NCBI GenBank assembly: GCA_944329425.1 | Contig: CALVIG010000003.1 | Span: 51,460-115,459 of the forward strand | DNA length: 64,000 bases | Origin: an uncultured Bacilli bacterium | GTDB lineage: Bacteria; Bacillota_I; Bacilli_A; RF39; UBA660 | Direction: 5' to 3' | Shown here: positions 1 to 11,397 of the stretch, in pieces | Numbering within the stretch: the first letter of the stretch is position 1 | How the letters are laid out: each line of letters begins with the position of its first letter | Notes under the pieces: model-generated | Database searches by the model: none | The model's input: only the letters and a program-made list of their open reading frames with translations | What the model was told of the DNA's origin: nothing | Made by a program: the position numbers and the translations under genes

Positions 1-186
1 AGTAAAATAGGTACCGGGGACAGATCAGAAAAAATAAGAACCTATAATTATCCTCAAAACAGAGTTACTGATCACCGTATAGGTTATACTACTAACTCAC
101 TAGATAGAGTAATGAATGGTAAGCTAGACGATATAATAGAAGCCTTAATAACTGAGGATCAAAGAAGAAAGTTAGCCGGAGAATAA
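1..186 (+). CDS. prfA: Peptide chain release factor 1, C-terminal fragment (5' end lies outside the window)
   Basis: In-frame translation [61 protein letters not shown] matches the conserved RF1 C-terminus. It is followed by prmC, as in the canonical operon. Confidence 0.8.
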   Translation, partial: SKIGTGDRSEKIRTYNYPQNRVTDHRIGYTTNSLDRVMNGKLDDIIEALITEDQRRKLAGE

Positions 187-226
187 AACTCTGGTTTTTT
201 AAATAAACTTAATTTATGAGGTAAAT

Positions 227-943
227 ATGGAAAAAGAAACGGAATATTTAAAAAAGTATTATAAAGGCAATATTACGGATGCGATAAAAAGGTTAGAAGA
301 AGGTGAACCCGTTCAATATATAGTGGGTAACGTTGATTTTTACGGTTATGAATTGAACGTTAATAAAAACGTTCTTATACCAAGAAGAGAAACGGAAGAA
401 TTGGTAGAAGAAGTAATTAAAAGAAGTAGAAGTTTTATAAACCCAATAATAATAGATGTTGGGACGGGTAGCGGTGCAATAGCTATTGCACTTTCTAAAG
501 AACTTAATTGCCATGTTTATGCTTCTGATATTAGTAATGATGCTTTGGAGGTCGCGAAGGAAAATGCGGAAAAAACTAATTCTAACATTACTTTGTATCA
601 AGGAAACATGTTAGAGCCTTATATAAAAAATGATATAAAAGTAGATATAATAGTAAGTAATCCACCATATATTAAAGAAAATGAAGAAATAGAAGACGTT
701 GTTAGAAATAACGAACCTTCTATTGCTCTTTATGCAAAAAATAATGGGTTGGAATACTATGAAAGTATTTTTAAAAACGCCAGTAAAATATTAAAAGATA
801 AATATTTAATAGCTTTAGAAATAGGCCAAACGCAAGGAGAAAATGTAAAAAAAATAGCTTTAACTTATTTAAATAACGTAAAAGTCGAAATAAAAAAGGA
901 TTTGTCTTTAAAGAATAGAATGGTTTTTGTATACAATTATTAA
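227..943 (+). CDS. prmC: Release factor glutamine N5-methyltransferase (HemK/PrmC)
   Basis: SAM-binding motif DVGTGSGAIAIA and the NPPY methyltransferase motif are present. It lies immediately downstream of prfA. Confidence 0.85.
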   Translation: MEKETEYLKKYYKGNITDAIKRLEEGEPVQYIVGNVDFYGYELNVNKNVLIPRRETEELVEEVIKRSRSFINPIIIDVGTGSGAIAIALSKELNCHVYASDISNDALEVAKENAEKTNSNITLYQGNMLEPYIKNDIKVDIIVSNPPYIKENEEIEDVVRNNEPSIALYAKNNGLEYYESIFKNASKILKDKYLIALEIGQTQGENVKKIALTYLNNVKVEIKKDLSLKNRMVFVYNY

Positions 944-978
944 AAATCACCCAATAGAAAATAGAGGGTGATTTTTAT

Positions 979-1509
979 ATGAAAAAATTAATTATAATAT
1001 TAATAGCGTTATTTAGTATTTATTTAGTTTATAATACCAACGAGAAACAAGAAACCGTTAAAATACCCGATTCTGCAATAAGGTTTAGGGTATTAGCAAA
1101 CAGTAACTCTCCTAGGGATCAGAAAATAAAAGAAGATGTTAGGGATAAAATGCAAAATGAATTATACACTCTTCTTAAAAATGCTAAGGATATAAATGAA
1201 GCTAGGGTTTTAATAAATGATAAAATGGATTATTTTGATGAAGTTGTTAAAAGTAGTTTAGAAGAGGTAGGTTACTCATATACCATAGATTATGGAATGC
1301 ACGAATTTCCAGAAAAAACTTATAAAGGAATAACCTATGATGCTGGAGAGTATGAATCATTATTAGTAACTTTAGGAGAAGGAAAAGGAGATAATTGGTG
1401 GTGTGTATTGTTTCCACCATTATGTTTGTTAGAAGCTGAAGAAACTACTGATACAACCGAAATTGAATATAAATCTTTTATAAAAGAAATAATTGAAAAA
1501 TATTTTTAG
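979..1509 (+). CDS. spoIIR: Stage II sporulation protein R (SpoIIR)-like secreted protein
   Basis: N-terminal signal peptide. It also carries IRFRVLANSNSPRDQ and GDNWWCVLFPPLC motifs that are characteristic of SpoIIR. Confidence 0.65.
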   Translation: MKKLIIILIALFSIYLVYNTNEKQETVKIPDSAIRFRVLANSNSPRDQKIKEDVRDKMQNELYTLLKNAKDINEARVLINDKMDYFDEVVKSSLEEVGYSYTIDYGMHEFPEKTYKGITYDAGEYESLLVTLGEGKGDNWWCVLFPPLCLLEAEETTDTTEIEYKSFIKEIIEKYF

Positions 1510-1571
1510 ATAAATAGTAATAATATAATGTAGGAAGGTGATTAATCATCATAAACATTATATTAATTGCA

Positions 1572-2075
1572 GTGAGTTTAAGCATGGATACTTTTGCCCT
1601 TGCTTTATCTTACGGGATAAACAAAATTAATTTAAAAAGTGTTATTTTAACGGCAGCTATGGTTGGCTCATTTCATTTTTTTATGCCACTTATTGGTAAC
1701 GCGATTGGTGTTTCTTTGTTTGAATATACCATAATTAAGCCAAAATTTGTTATGTTTTTTGTTTTTCTTCTGCTTTCTATTGATATGTTTATACACTTTT
1801 TTGAAGAAAAGCCTAAATTAAGAGCATTAAACATCATAGGTATATTATTATTTGCTTTCTCGGTAAGCTTTGATAGTTTGTCTGTTGGTTTAGGAATAAG
1901 GTATATATATGATAATTTGTTAATAGCGTTAATGTCCTTTTGTTTTATCAGTGCTTTTTTTACTTTATTAGGTTTTTGGCTAGGAAAAAAACTATCACAA
2001 AAAATAGGGCAATATTCTTTTTTAGTAGGAAGCATCACGCTGTTTTTATATTCAATATGGATATTGACAAAATAA
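1572..2075 (+). CDS. MntP/YtaF-family (DUF204) integral membrane protein
   Basis: Polytopic membrane protein with an N-terminal DTFALALSYG motif and duplicated halves, as in manganese efflux pump MntP and sporulation protein YtaF. Confidence 0.5.
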   Translation: MSLSMDTFALALSYGINKINLKSVILTAAMVGSFHFFMPLIGNAIGVSLFEYTIIKPKFVMFFVFLLLSIDMFIHFFEEKPKLRALNIIGILLFAFSVSFDSLSVGLGIRYIYDNLLIALMSFCFISAFFTLLGFWLGKKLSQKIGQYSFLVGSITLFLYSIWILTK

Positions 2076-2124
2076 TCAATAAGTGTTAAGATATACCACA
2101 TTCAAACAAAAGGGGGAGATTTGA

Positions 2125-3510
2125 ATGACTGAACATAAAAATATTTATGAACAATCTCATAAGAAAGCAAAAAATGTTAGTGCGTTTACAGCGCTTTTGG
2201 TAACTGGCGCTTTATTAGTGGGTGGTACCCTTGCAGCTTCAAAGATAAAATTAAAAAAGCCGCAAGAACCAGTAACTACCACTACTGAAACTACCGCTTA
2301 TGTACCAGAAAATGAATTATTAGTGTTAACCGAAGACTTTGACATAAATGATGCTGCTCAGGTAAAGAAAAGGGCACAAGATATTTATGATTTGTCAGAA
2401 AAAGAAGTTAGTGTTTTTGATATTCAAAATTTAATATACATCCATGCTGAGAAAATTGATAAAATAACTTATCCAGAAAATCTTAATAATGATGATGAAA
2501 AATTTGAATATTTCCAAAATTTAGCGTTGTCATTAGGGAAAATATTAGATGATTATTTAAATGATTATCGTGTTGTAATGCAATTAGTCGTAAATGACAA
2601 GAAAGATGATATTACTTTTACTGGTAATACTGGTAGTGTTCCTTGTGCATATATGTTCATGCCAAAAATGAATTATGCTAAGAAACAAGCAATTGAAATT
2701 GCTAATTTATACTACGAACAACGTTCAAATATATTAAATGGTAATGTTGCTGCAATGACTATAACCGCTAATGATTATTATAATTTATATTGTGAGTTAA
2801 AAAAAGCCGATTTATCTACAGGTGATAAAACTCTTATATTTAGACAATTTAATTCAATAAATTCTATTTTCACACCATTCTTAAGTAAAGAACAGGCACA
2901 AGAGCTAGAAGGTGCGTTAGGTTTTATAACTACATCAACGAATAAGTTATATAGTAGTGCAGCAGAAAATTTAGATTTGTCACCTAGATTAAGAGAGGAT
3001 CTTGAAAAAGGCACGTTTGCCAAAAACATTACGAAGTTAGAAGAAAAATACATTAGTGAACAAAAACAAGAAGCAGAATCAATGTTTGGAGCAATTATTG
3101 ATGATGAAACTTTGGTTGTTGATCAAGGCGGAAAACCTGCTGGTGACTCATCAGATAAACATGAAGTAATAGATGATAAGGTTACTACGACGGTAAGTAC
3201 AAGTGATTTTGTGGTATCAATACCTAATGAAGGGATTTCTGAAGAGATTATTCCTGGTGGAGACGTTGTCGAAGAAAATACCACCTCAGCTTCAACGACA
3301 ACTACTAAAGCAGAAACTACAACTTCATACGTTGATGGTGATGAAGATATTCCGGTAATGGATGAAAAAGATTTCTTTGGTCAAGCTACTGATGAGGATA
3401 TAGAAGATTATAGAAACTCTGTTGGACAAAAAGCTGGATATGGTACAGGTTTTGGACTTATGGGAGTAGGATCTTTAGGTGCAGCATATACCAAAAAAAA
3501 GAAAAAATAA
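2125..3510 (+). CDS. Hypothetical membrane-anchored protein with a Thr/Asp/Glu-rich C-terminal region
   Basis: Long ORF with an RBS (AAGGGGGAG) and an N-terminal transmembrane anchor. No family recognised. Confidence 0.4.
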   Translation: MTEHKNIYEQSHKKAKNVSAFTALLVTGALLVGGTLAASKIKLKKPQEPVTTTTETTAYVPENELLVLTEDFDINDAAQVKKRAQDIYDLSEKEVSVFDIQNLIYIHAEKIDKITYPENLNNDDEKFEYFQNLALSLGKILDDYLNDYRVVMQLVVNDKKDDITFTGNTGSVPCAYMFMPKMNYAKKQAIEIANLYYEQRSNILNGNVAAMTITANDYYNLYCELKKADLSTGDKTLIFRQFNSINSIFTPFLSKEQAQELEGALGFITTSTNKLYSSAAENLDLSPRLREDLEKGTFAKNITKLEEKYISEQKQEAESMFGAIIDDETLVVDQGGKPAGDSSDKHEVIDDKVTTTVSTSDFVVSIPNEGISEEIIPGGDVVEENTTSASTTTTKAETTTSYVDGDEDIPVMDEKDFFGQATDEDIEDYRNSVGQKAGYGTGFGLMGVGSLGAAYTKKKKK

Positions 3511-3609
3511 AAAATAATAAGTAAAAAATATATACACTAGAATGTAAATTCTAGTGTTTTTCTTTGACTAACATAGATAAATATAATAAAATTATATTAG
3601 GTGAATGGT

Positions 3610-4461
3610 ATGTTAGTAAATAGTAATGAATTATTTAATGCGGCTTTAAAAGGGGGATATGCTATACCAGCATATAACGTTAATAACTTAGAATGGATTA
3701 AGTTTGTACTAGAAGCGTGTCAAGAAGATAATAGCCCGGTTATTTTGGCCGTGACACCAAAATCAATTCAATATTTTGGTGGATATAAAGTTGTTTATAA
3801 CGTAGTTAATTCTTTAATAAGTGAATTAAATATAAATATTCCCGTTGTATTACATTTAGATCATGCAAAGGATTTTGATAGTTGTAAAAAGGCCATAGAT
3901 GCCGGATTTACTTCGGTTATGATTGATGCATCTTTAAAAACGTTTGAGCAAAACGTAGACATAACAAATAAAGTTATGGATTATGCAAAAAAACGTGGTG
4001 TGAATGTAGAAGCAGAGCTTGGAGTAATAAAAACCGATGGTTATGGGATTAATGATAGAGCCTATTATTCTGATTTAGAAGATAGTAAAAACTTTGTTAT
4101 TCAAACCGGGATTGACTCATTCGCACCGTCAATTGGTAACGTGCATGGCTTTTATAAGGAAAACGATAATCTTGATTTTGACCTTTTAGGTGCAATTTGT
4201 AAGGAAGTAAAGATCCCACTAGTTCTTCATGGTGGTTCTAACTTAGATGAGAACAAGTTAAAAGCAGCTGTTTTTTGTGGCGTTGTAAAAGTTAATTTTA
4301 ATACTGATCTTATGCATGCATGGTCACTTGCGGTAAGAGAATACTTAAAGAAAAATGTTGATGTATATGATCCTAGAAAAATAATATTATCTGGGGAAGA
4401 TGCTTTAAAGGAAGTTATTCATAAAAAAAATTGTATGATTGGAAGTAAAAATAGAAAATAA
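3610..4461 (+). CDS. fba: Class II fructose-1,6-bisphosphate aldolase
   Basis: AIPAYNVNNLEW, LHLDHAKDF and VMIDAS motifs are present. The length matches Firmicute FbaA. The ATG at 3610 with RBS AGGTGA is preferred over the GTG at 3601. Confidence 0.85.
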   Translation: MLVNSNELFNAALKGGYAIPAYNVNNLEWIKFVLEACQEDNSPVILAVTPKSIQYFGGYKVVYNVVNSLISELNINIPVVLHLDHAKDFDSCKKAIDAGFTSVMIDASLKTFEQNVDITNKVMDYAKKRGVNVEAELGVIKTDGYGINDRAYYSDLEDSKNFVIQTGIDSFAPSIGNVHGFYKENDNLDFDLLGAICKEVKIPLVLHGGSNLDENKLKAAVFCGVVKVNFNTDLMHAWSLAVREYLKKNVDVYDPRKIILSGEDALKEVIHKKNCMIGSKNRK

Positions 4462-4528
4462 ATTAGGGCTAATTAATCACTTTTTTTACATAATTAAATA
4501 CAATACAATGTAGATATGGAGGAGTAGT

Positions 4529-5791
4529 ATGCACAAAATAATAATTGAAGGTGGAAAAGAATTAAGTGGGGAAATAAAGATAAGTGGTTCGAAAAACAGT
4601 GCTGTTGCGCTTGTGCCGGCCGCAGTTTTATGTGATGAGGAAGTAACCATTGCTAACGTTCCAAACATTTCTGATATAGATGCTTTAGATGAGATTTTAA
4701 ATCATTTAGGGGCTACTGTGACAAGAAACGATGATATGATAAAAATAGATTCATCAAAAATAGAAAACAAAGTTATACCTGAAGTTATTTCTAAAAAATT
4801 AAGAGCGTCTTATTATTTTATGGGAGCTTTATTAAGTAAGTTTAAGAAAGTTGAAATGTATTTTCCTGGAGGTTGCTCTATTGGGGCAAGACCAATAAAC
4901 CTTCATCTTAAAGGATTTGAGGCACTGGGGGCAAAAGTACAAGAGAAAGATAACATGTTTGTTATAACCGCTGATAATTTAAGGGGGGCTAAAATAAACT
5001 TGGATTTTGCATCCGTAGGCGCAACAATTAATTTAATGCTTGCAGCTGTAAAAGCTGAGGGCACAACCGTTATTTCTAATGCTGCTAAAGAACCACACAT
5101 TGTTAATGTTGCAACGTTTTTAAATAATATGGGAGCTAAAATAAGTGGTGCTGGAACCAGTGAAATTAAGATTGTTGGTGTTAACCACTTACATTCTTGT
5201 TTTCATGAGGTTGTACCTGATTATATTGAGGCCGGAACATATATGATATTAGCAAGTATAATCGGAAAAAAAGTAACTATTTCAAACATAATTCCTGATC
5301 ATTTAGAATCTTTAATATCAAAATTAGAAGATATAGGAGTGCCAATGGAAATAGGAATAGATTTTATTAGAATAAGTGCTCCTGATAAATTAATGGCAAC
5401 GAATATAAAAACGCAAGTATACCCAGGATTTCCAACTGATTTGCAGCAACCGATGGCAACCCTTTTGACTCAAGCGGTGGGTAAATCAATAATAAATGAA
5501 ACAATTTGGGAGAATAGGTTTTTGAATTTAAACGAATTAAATAAAATGGGTGCAACAACTGAATTATTATCAAATAGTAAAGCGGTTATAGTAGGTCCTA
5601 CTAAATTGCACGGAAAAAAAGTAAAAGCAACTGATTTAAGGGCTGGGGCCTCCCTTGTGATTGCTGGTTTAGTAGCTGATGGAAAAACAACGATCGAAAA
5701 TGCGGATTATATTTTAAGGGGATATGAAGGAATCGTTGATAAGTTAACTAACGTTGGGGCCAAAATAAAATTAGAGCAAAGCAACGAATAA
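4529..5791 (+). CDS. murA: UDP-N-acetylglucosamine 1-carboxyvinyltransferase
   Basis: N-terminus IIEGGKELSGEIKISGSKNSAVALVPAAVL with the catalytic Cys region GGCSIGARPIN. 420 aa. Confidence 0.9.
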   Translation: MHKIIIEGGKELSGEIKISGSKNSAVALVPAAVLCDEEVTIANVPNISDIDALDEILNHLGATVTRNDDMIKIDSSKIENKVIPEVISKKLRASYYFMGALLSKFKKVEMYFPGGCSIGARPINLHLKGFEALGAKVQEKDNMFVITADNLRGAKINLDFASVGATINLMLAAVKAEGTTVISNAAKEPHIVNVATFLNNMGAKISGAGTSEIKIVGVNHLHSCFHEVVPDYIEAGTYMILASIIGKKVTISNIIPDHLESLISKLEDIGVPMEIGIDFIRISAPDKLMATNIKTQVYPGFPTDLQQPMATLLTQAVGKSIINETIWENRFLNLNELNKMGATTELLSNSKAVIVGPTKLHGKKVKATDLRAGASLVIAGLVADGKTTIENADYILRGYEGIVDKLTNVGAKIKLEQSNE

Positions 5792-5855
5792 TAAGTACTA
5801 AAACTTTTACCTCTTAAATAAGATAGTATTGTAATAAATACTATTTTATTTTGGG

Positions 5856-6629
5856 GTGAAAAATTTGAAAAGAAGATATAAGGTTTTAATAGGTTTTTTA
5901 ATTACTAGCGTAATATTACTTTTTATTTTTTTAATTACTAGGGATAAAAAAATATATTATTTATCACTTGGAGATTCCTTGGCTGCGGGGCAAACTCCTT
6001 ATAACACTATTTCTAATAGTTATGGGGATTATGTTGCAGAATATTTTAAAGATAAAGAGGTTTTGGAATTTTATACAAAAAAGTTTGCTAAAAGTGGATA
6101 TAGAAGTATTGATTTGTTAAATGACATAAAATCTAATAAAGAAATAAAAGTTGATGGTAAAAAAATAACAATTAAAAATGCCCTTATAAAAGCGGATTTG
6201 GTTACCGTAAGTATTGGAGCGAATGACCTTTTTTACAAGCTTAACATTGGTAATGAATTTGATATGAATGAATTTGATGACGTTTATTCATACGTTGACG
6301 AAACGATTTTGGATGTTGATAAACTATTATATGAACTTAGAAAATGTTGTAAGGAGCAGATAATGGTATTTGGCTTTTATAATCCTTTTACTAATTTTTC
6401 ATCATCCCTTGCAAACATGGTAGAACCCATAATCGTTTATGCAAATGGAAAAATGGAAAACATTGTTAAAAAGTATGATATGACGTATGTTGATATTCAT
6501 GATATGTTTTTAGCAAATGATAATTATCTTCCTGATACTCTCGAAATACATCCGACAAAAGATGGGTATAAAGCTATGTCTAAAGCCATAATTAAACTTA
6601 TAGATGAAAAATACTTGCAAAATAATTAA
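5856..6629 (+). CDS. SGNH/GDSL-family hydrolase with signal/anchor
   Basis: LSLGDSLAAG (GDSL block I) and GANDL block. N-terminal transmembrane/signal segment. GTG start. Confidence 0.6.
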   Translation: MKNLKRRYKVLIGFLITSVILLFIFLITRDKKIYYLSLGDSLAAGQTPYNTISNSYGDYVAEYFKDKEVLEFYTKKFAKSGYRSIDLLNDIKSNKEIKVDGKKITIKNALIKADLVTVSIGANDLFYKLNIGNEFDMNEFDDVYSYVDETILDVDKLLYELRKCCKEQIMVFGFYNPFTNFSSSLANMVEPIIVYANGKMENIVKKYDMTYVDIHDMFLANDNYLPDTLEIHPTKDGYKAMSKAIIKLIDEKYLQNN

Positions 6630-6701
6630 ACAGTTGTTATAATATAAAAGATTTTATATCTATGACTTTGTAAAAGTCATGGCGAAAGGAGCTATGAGAG
6701 T

Positions 6702-6917
6702 ATGCCAAAGAAAGAAAGTATTTATAAAACTTCAACGGTTACTTGTACTTGTGGAGCTACGTTTGAAACAAAATCTATTGATGATAAAATTCATGTAGAA
6801 GTATGTTCTAAATGTCATCCGTTTTATACTGGTCAAGCAACAATGCAGTCAAAGACTGGTAGGGCAGAGAAGTTTAATAAGAAATATGGTTTAAAAAATA
6901 ATACTGATGCACAATAA
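6702..6917 (+). CDS. rpmE: 50S ribosomal protein L31 (zinc-binding type)
   Basis: CTCG...[10 protein letters not shown] motif. 71 aa. Confidence 0.85.
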   Translation: MPKKESIYKTSTVTCTCGATFETKSIDDKIHVEVCSKCHPFYTGQATMQSKTGRAEKFNKKYGLKNNTDAQ

Positions 6918-6953
6918 GGTGCATGGTATTTTTACTTTAAAATAAAAAATATA

Positions 6954-6983
6954 TTGACATATAACGAAAAAAAGTGTTATATT
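6954..6983 (+). promoter_or_regulatory. Candidate sigma-A promoter of the str operon (TTGACA, 18-nt spacer with TG extension, TATATT)
   Basis: TTGACA at 6954-6959 and TGnTATATT around 6975-6983, about 95 nt upstream of rpsL. Confidence 0.4.
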
Positions 6984-7078
6984 AATATAGCTGATTAATT
7001 AAGTCTTGCTTTTAGTAAGGCTTAAAAATATATCAAAAAAGAAACACCAGGTAGTGTGTTAAGAAAGGAGTAGAAAAT

Positions 7079-7492
7079 ATGCCTACAATAAACCAAATTC
7101 TTCGTCATGGAAGAAAAAACAAGAAGCGTAAACCAAAAGCACCAGTTTTACTTGTTAGAACAAATACTCTAAAGAAGAAAAACTTGGCTGCTAACTCACC
7201 ACAAAAGCGTGGTGTTTGTACACGTGTTGGAACAATGACTCCAAAGAAACCAAACTCAGCATTGCGTAAGTATGCTCGTGTACGTTTAAGTAATGGTTAT
7301 GAAGTAACTGCTTACATTCCAGGACAAGGACATAATTTACAGGAACACAGCGTTGTTTTGATTCGTGGTGGCCGTGTAAAAGACTTAATCGGTGTGCGTT
7401 ATCACATCATTAGGGGTACTTTAGATACTGCAGGAGTTGCTGATAGAAAGCAAGGTAGATCTAAGTATGGTGCAAAAAAGCCAAAAAAATAA
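7079..7492 (+). CDS. rpsL: 30S ribosomal protein S12
   Basis: MPTINQ...[10 protein letters not shown] sequence is highly conserved. Confidence 0.95.
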   Translation: MPTINQILRHGRKNKKRKPKAPVLLVRTNTLKKKNLAANSPQKRGVCTRVGTMTPKKPNSALRKYARVRLSNGYEVTAYIPGQGHNLQEHSVVLIRGGRVKDLIGVRYHIIRGTLDTAGVADRKQGRSKYGAKKPKK

Positions 7493-7523
7493 AATAATTT
7501 AAAAACATAAAAGGAGGACAAAT

Positions 7524-7991
7524 ATGCGTAAAAGATGTGCTGTTAAAAGAGACGTATTAGCGGATCCAGTATATAATTCAAAGGTAATTACAAAGTTAAT
7601 TAACCAAATAATGTTAGATGGTAAACGTGGTAAAGCTGAAACTATCGTTTATGATGCGTTTGACATGATTCATGAAAGAACTGGAGAAAACGCTAATGAC
7701 GTATTTAAAAAGGCCATGGAAAACGTTACTCCGGCATTAGAAGTTAAAGCACGCCGTGTTGGTGGAGCCAATTACCAAGTTCCAGTTGAAGTTAAACCTG
7801 ATAGGGCTCAAGCTTTAGCACTTCGTTGGATAGTTAACGCATCACGTAGTCGTGGTGGAAAAACAATGGCTGAAAAACTAGCAAATGAACTAATAGATGC
7901 TTCTAACGGAACTGGAGCAGCTGTTAAGAAAAAAGATGATACTCACAGAATGGCAGAAGCTAATAAAGCGTTTGCTCATTATCGTTGGTAG
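7524..7991 (+). CDS. rpsG: 30S ribosomal protein S7
   Basis: [14 protein letters not shown]...[15 protein letters not shown]. Confidence 0.95.
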   Translation: MRKRCAVKRDVLADPVYNSKVITKLINQIMLDGKRGKAETIVYDAFDMIHERTGENANDVFKKAMENVTPALEVKARRVGGANYQVPVEVKPDRAQALALRWIVNASRSRGGKTMAEKLANELIDASNGTGAAVKKKDDTHRMAEANKAFAHYRW

Positions 7992-8006
7992 GAAAGGATT
8001 TAGTAT

Positions 8007-10079
8007 ATGGGTCGTGAATATTCATTAGAAAATACTCGTAACATTGGTATTATGGCACACGTTGATGCCGGTAAAACCACATGTACTGAGCGTGTTTTGT
8101 TCCATACTCATAAAATTCATAAAATAGGTGAAACACATGATGGTGAATCACAAATGGACTGGATGGAACAAGAAAAAGAACGTGGTATAACCATTACTTC
8201 TGCAGCAACAACGGCTTTCTGGAAAGGACACCGTCTAAATATTATTGATACTCCAGGACACGTAGACTTCACTATTGAAGTTACTAGATCTTTAAGGGTA
8301 TTGGACGGTGCGGTAACCGTTTTGGATGCACAAAATGGTGTAGAACCACAAACTGAAAACGTTTGGCGTCAAGCTACTGATATGCATGTTCCAAGACTTG
8401 TTTTTGCAAACAAGATGGATAAAATGGGTGCTGACTTCGCCGCAAGCGTTGAATCAATTAAAACAAGGTTAGGTGTTAAAGCTACTGCAATTCAATGGCC
8501 AATTGGTGCAGAATCTGATTTTGATGGAATTATTGATTTAGTAACCATGAAAGCATATCATTATGATGGTAAGCCAGAAGAAAATGCAACGGAAATAGAA
8601 ATTCCAGCAGATTTAAAGGATATTGCTGAACAAAAAAGAACAGAAATGATAGAAGATGCTGCTGAATTTGATGAAGAATTAATGGAAAAATATTTGGAAG
8701 GGGCTGAAATTTCAGTTGACCTTATAAAAAGAGCAATAAGGAAGGGTACTATAGCTGTTAAGATGTTCCCAGTTATGTGTGGTACTGCACTTGGAAACAA
8801 AGGTGTTAAGTTAATGCTTGACGCAGTAGTAGATTACTTACCAGCTCCAACTGATATTCCATCAATTAAGGGACATGATGAAAATGATAAAGAAGTTGAA
8901 AGACATGCTTCTGATTCTGAACCTTTCGCAGCTTTGGCATTTAAAATCATGACTGATCCGTTTGTTGGTAGATTATCATTTTTCCGTGTATATTCTGGTA
9001 CGCTAAAAAGTGGATCATACGTTTTAAACGCAAATAAAAACGTAAAAGAAAGAGTTGGCCGTATATTACAAATGCATGCTAATAACCGTACTGAAATAAC
9101 TGAAGTATATGCTGGTGATATAGCTGCAGCTGTAGGTCTTAAAAACACAACTACTGGAGATACTTTGTGTGATGAAAAACATCCAGTAATCTTAGAAAAA
9201 ATGGTTATTCCTGAACCAGTTATCTCAATAGCAATTGAGCCAAAAAGTAAGGGAGACCAAGAAAAAATGTCTACTGCATTACAAAAACTTGCTGAAGAGG
9301 ATCCTACTTTCAGGGCAGAAACTGATCAAGAATCTGGACAAACTGTTATATCTGGTATGGGTGAACTTCACCTAGACGTATTAGTAGACAGAATGAGAAG
9401 AGAGTTTGGAGTAGAAGCAAATATCGGTAAACCTCAGGTTGCTTATCGTGAAACCTTAACGGCTGCTGGTGATTGTGAAGGTAAATACATTAAGCAATCA
9501 GGTGGTCGTGGACAATATGGACACGTATGGGTTAAGTTTGAACCAAACAAAGATAAAGGTTATGAATTCGTTGATGCTATCGTTGGTGGTGTAGTTCCTC
9601 GTGAATACATCCCAGTAGTAGACAAGGGATTGCAAGAAGCAATGAAAACAGGTGTTTTAGCAGGATATCCTATGATAGATGTTAAAGCAACGTTATTTGA
9701 TGGTTCTTACCATGACGTTGACTCAAACGAAATGGCATTTAAAGTTGCAGCTTCATTAGCACTTAAGGAAGCTAAGAAAAACTGTAAACCAGTTCTTCTT
9801 GAACCAATAATGAAAGTAGATATTACCGTTCCAGATGAATACATGGGTAACGTTATGGGTGATATTACTTCAAGAAGAGGACGTCCAATGGGACAAGAAT
9901 CTGTTGGTAACGCATTAAAGATAAGTGCATACGTACCATTATCTGAAATGTTTGGTTACGCTACTGCATTAAGATCTAATACTCAAGGTCGTGGAACGTT
10001 TATAATGTTCTTTGATCACTATGAAGAAGTACCAAAGAGTATTTCTGAAGACATCATTAAGAAAAATGGTGCTCAATAA
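8007..10079 (+). CDS. fusA: Elongation factor G
   Basis: [24 protein letters not shown] GTPase motifs. 690 aa. Confidence 0.95.
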   Translation: MGREYSLENTRNIGIMAHVDAGKTTCTERVLFHTHKIHKIGETHDGESQMDWMEQEKERGITITSAATTAFWKGHRLNIIDTPGHVDFTIEVTRSLRVLDGAVTVLDAQNGVEPQTENVWRQATDMHVPRLVFANKMDKMGADFAASVESIKTRLGVKATAIQWPIGAESDFDGIIDLVTMKAYHYDGKPEENATEIEIPADLKDIAEQKRTEMIEDAAEFDEELMEKYLEGAEISVDLIKRAIRKGTIAVKMFPVMCGTALGNKGVKLMLDAVVDYLPAPTDIPSIKGHDENDKEVERHASDSEPFAALAFKIMTDPFVGRLSFFRVYSGTLKSGSYVLNANKNVKERVGRILQMHANNRTEITEVYAGDIAAAVGLKNTTTGDTLCDEKHPVILEKMVIPEPVISIAIEPKSKGDQEKMSTALQKLAEEDPTFRAETDQESGQTVISGMGELHLDVLVDRMRREFGVEANIGKPQVAYRETLTAAGDCEGKYIKQSGGRGQYGHVWVKFEPNKDKGYEFVDAIVGGVVPREYIPVVDKGLQEAMKTGVLAGYPMIDVKATLFDGSYHDVDSNEMAFKVAASLALKEAKKNCKPVLLEPIMKVDITVPDEYMGNVMGDITSRRGRPMGQESVGNALKISAYVPLSEMFGYATALRSNTQGRGTFIMFFDHYEEVPKSISEDIIKKNGAQ

Positions 10080-10163
10080 TAAATAATCCTGAGGGAAAAT
10101 GCTTGATATTTTTCCTTAGATTAGATAAAATAGATATGTAATTTATATAGGGAGGAAATTTAT

Positions 10164-11348
10164 ATGGCAAAAGAAAAATTTGATCGTTCTAAACCACACG
10201 TTAACATTGGTACAATTGGACACGTTGACCATGGTAAAACAACGTTAACTGCAGCGATCACAAAAAGATTATCTGAAAAAGGTCAAGCTAAATTCGAAGA
10301 CTATGCTGATATCGATAAGGCGCCTGAAGAAAGAGAACGTGGTATAACAATTAATACTGCTCACGTTGAGTATGAAACAGACAAACGTCACTATGCTCAC
10401 GTTGACTGCCCAGGACATGCTGACTACGTAAAGAACATGATTACTGGTGCTGCTCAAATGGATGGTGCAATTCTAGTTTTAGCTGCTACTGATGGACCAA
10501 TGGCACAAACTCGTGAACACATCTTACTTGCTCGTCAAGTTGGAGTACCAAGAATGGTAGTATTCATGAATAAATGTGACATGGTTGATGATCCAGAAAT
10601 GCTAGATTTAGTTGAAATGGACGTTCGTGAATTATTAAATAAATACGGATTTGAAGGAGACGATACTCCAGTTATTCGTGGTTCAGCTTTAAAAGCTCTT
10701 GAAGGTGATCCTGAATATGAAAAGAAGATTGATGAATTAATGGATGCTGTTGATGAATGGATCCCAACTCCAGAAAGAGATAATTCAAAACCATTCTTAA
10801 TGTCAATCGAAGACGTATTTACAATTACAGGTCGTGGTACTGTTGTTACTGGACGTGTAGAACGTGGACAATTAAAACTTAACGATGAAGTTGAAATCGT
10901 TGGTTTAAAACCTACTAAGAAAACTGTTGTTACTGGTATAGAAATGTTCCGTAAACAACTTGATTACGCTGAAGCAGGAGATAACGCTGGTGTATTATTA
11001 CGTGGTATTGCACGTGAAGAAGTACAACGTGGACAAGTTTTAGCTAAACCTGGAACTGTTACTCCTCATACTAAGTTTGAAGGTCAAGTTTACGTATTAA
11101 GTAAGGAAGAAGGCGGACGTCATACTCCATTCTTCTCAAATTACAGACCACAATTCTATTTCAGAACTACTGACGTAACTGGTGTTGTTACATTACCTGA
11201 AGGTACTGAAATGGTTATGCCTGGTGATAACGTTAACATGTCAGTTGAGTTAATAGCTCCAATCGCACTTGAAAATGGTACTAAATTCTCTATCCGTGAA
11301 GGTGGACGTACTGTTGGTGCTGGTGTTGTTACTAAAATTGATGCATAA
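10164..11348 (+). CDS. tuf: Elongation factor Tu
   Basis: [21 protein letters not shown] motifs. 394 aa. Confidence 0.95.
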   Translation: MAKEKFDRSKPHVNIGTIGHVDHGKTTLTAAITKRLSEKGQAKFEDYADIDKAPEERERGITINTAHVEYETDKRHYAHVDCPGHADYVKNMITGAAQMDGAILVLAATDGPMAQTREHILLARQVGVPRMVVFMNKCDMVDDPEMLDLVEMDVRELLNKYGFEGDDTPVIRGSALKALEGDPEYEKKIDELMDAVDEWIPTPERDNSKPFLMSIEDVFTITGRGTVVTGRVERGQLKLNDEVEIVGLKPTKKTVVTGIEMFRKQLDYAEAGDNAGVLLRGIAREEVQRGQVLAKPGTVTPHTKFEGQVYVLSKEEGGRHTPFFSNYRPQFYFRTTDVTGVVTLPEGTEMVMPGDNVNMSVELIAPIALENGTKFSIREGGRTVGAGVVTKIDA

Positions 11349-11355
11349 TAAAAAA

Positions 11356-11388
11356 GAAAAGACATTCAATTGAATGTCTTTTTTTTTA
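11356..11388. terminator. Bidirectional rho-independent terminator between tuf (+) and the femAB-like gene (-)
   Basis: Perfect hairpin AGACATTCAATTGAATGTCT followed by a T-run, and preceded by an A-run on the other strand. Confidence 0.6.
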
Positions 11389-11397
11389 ATTCTTTTA

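Noticed and set aside
293-601. 102-aa minus-strand ORF inside prmC
   Set aside because: It lies entirely antisense within a well-supported conserved gene and has low-complexity F/Y-rich composition typical of AT-rich shadow ORFs. The same reasoning applies to the antisense or embedded ORFs at 1673-2101, 2778-3053, 4486-4668, 4903-5100, 5367-5573, 8561-8800, 8834-9148, 10269-10457, 11156-11365, 12874-13155, 13168-13350, 14947-15138, 15999-16193, 19136-19324, 19340-19552, 24487-24726, 26476-26676, 30101-30361, 32064-32507, 32583-32780, 34636-34896, 36579-36782, 39474-39725, 45462-45776, 50831-51022, 51563-51808, 55062-55289, 56578-56760, 62527-62712 and 63172-63618.
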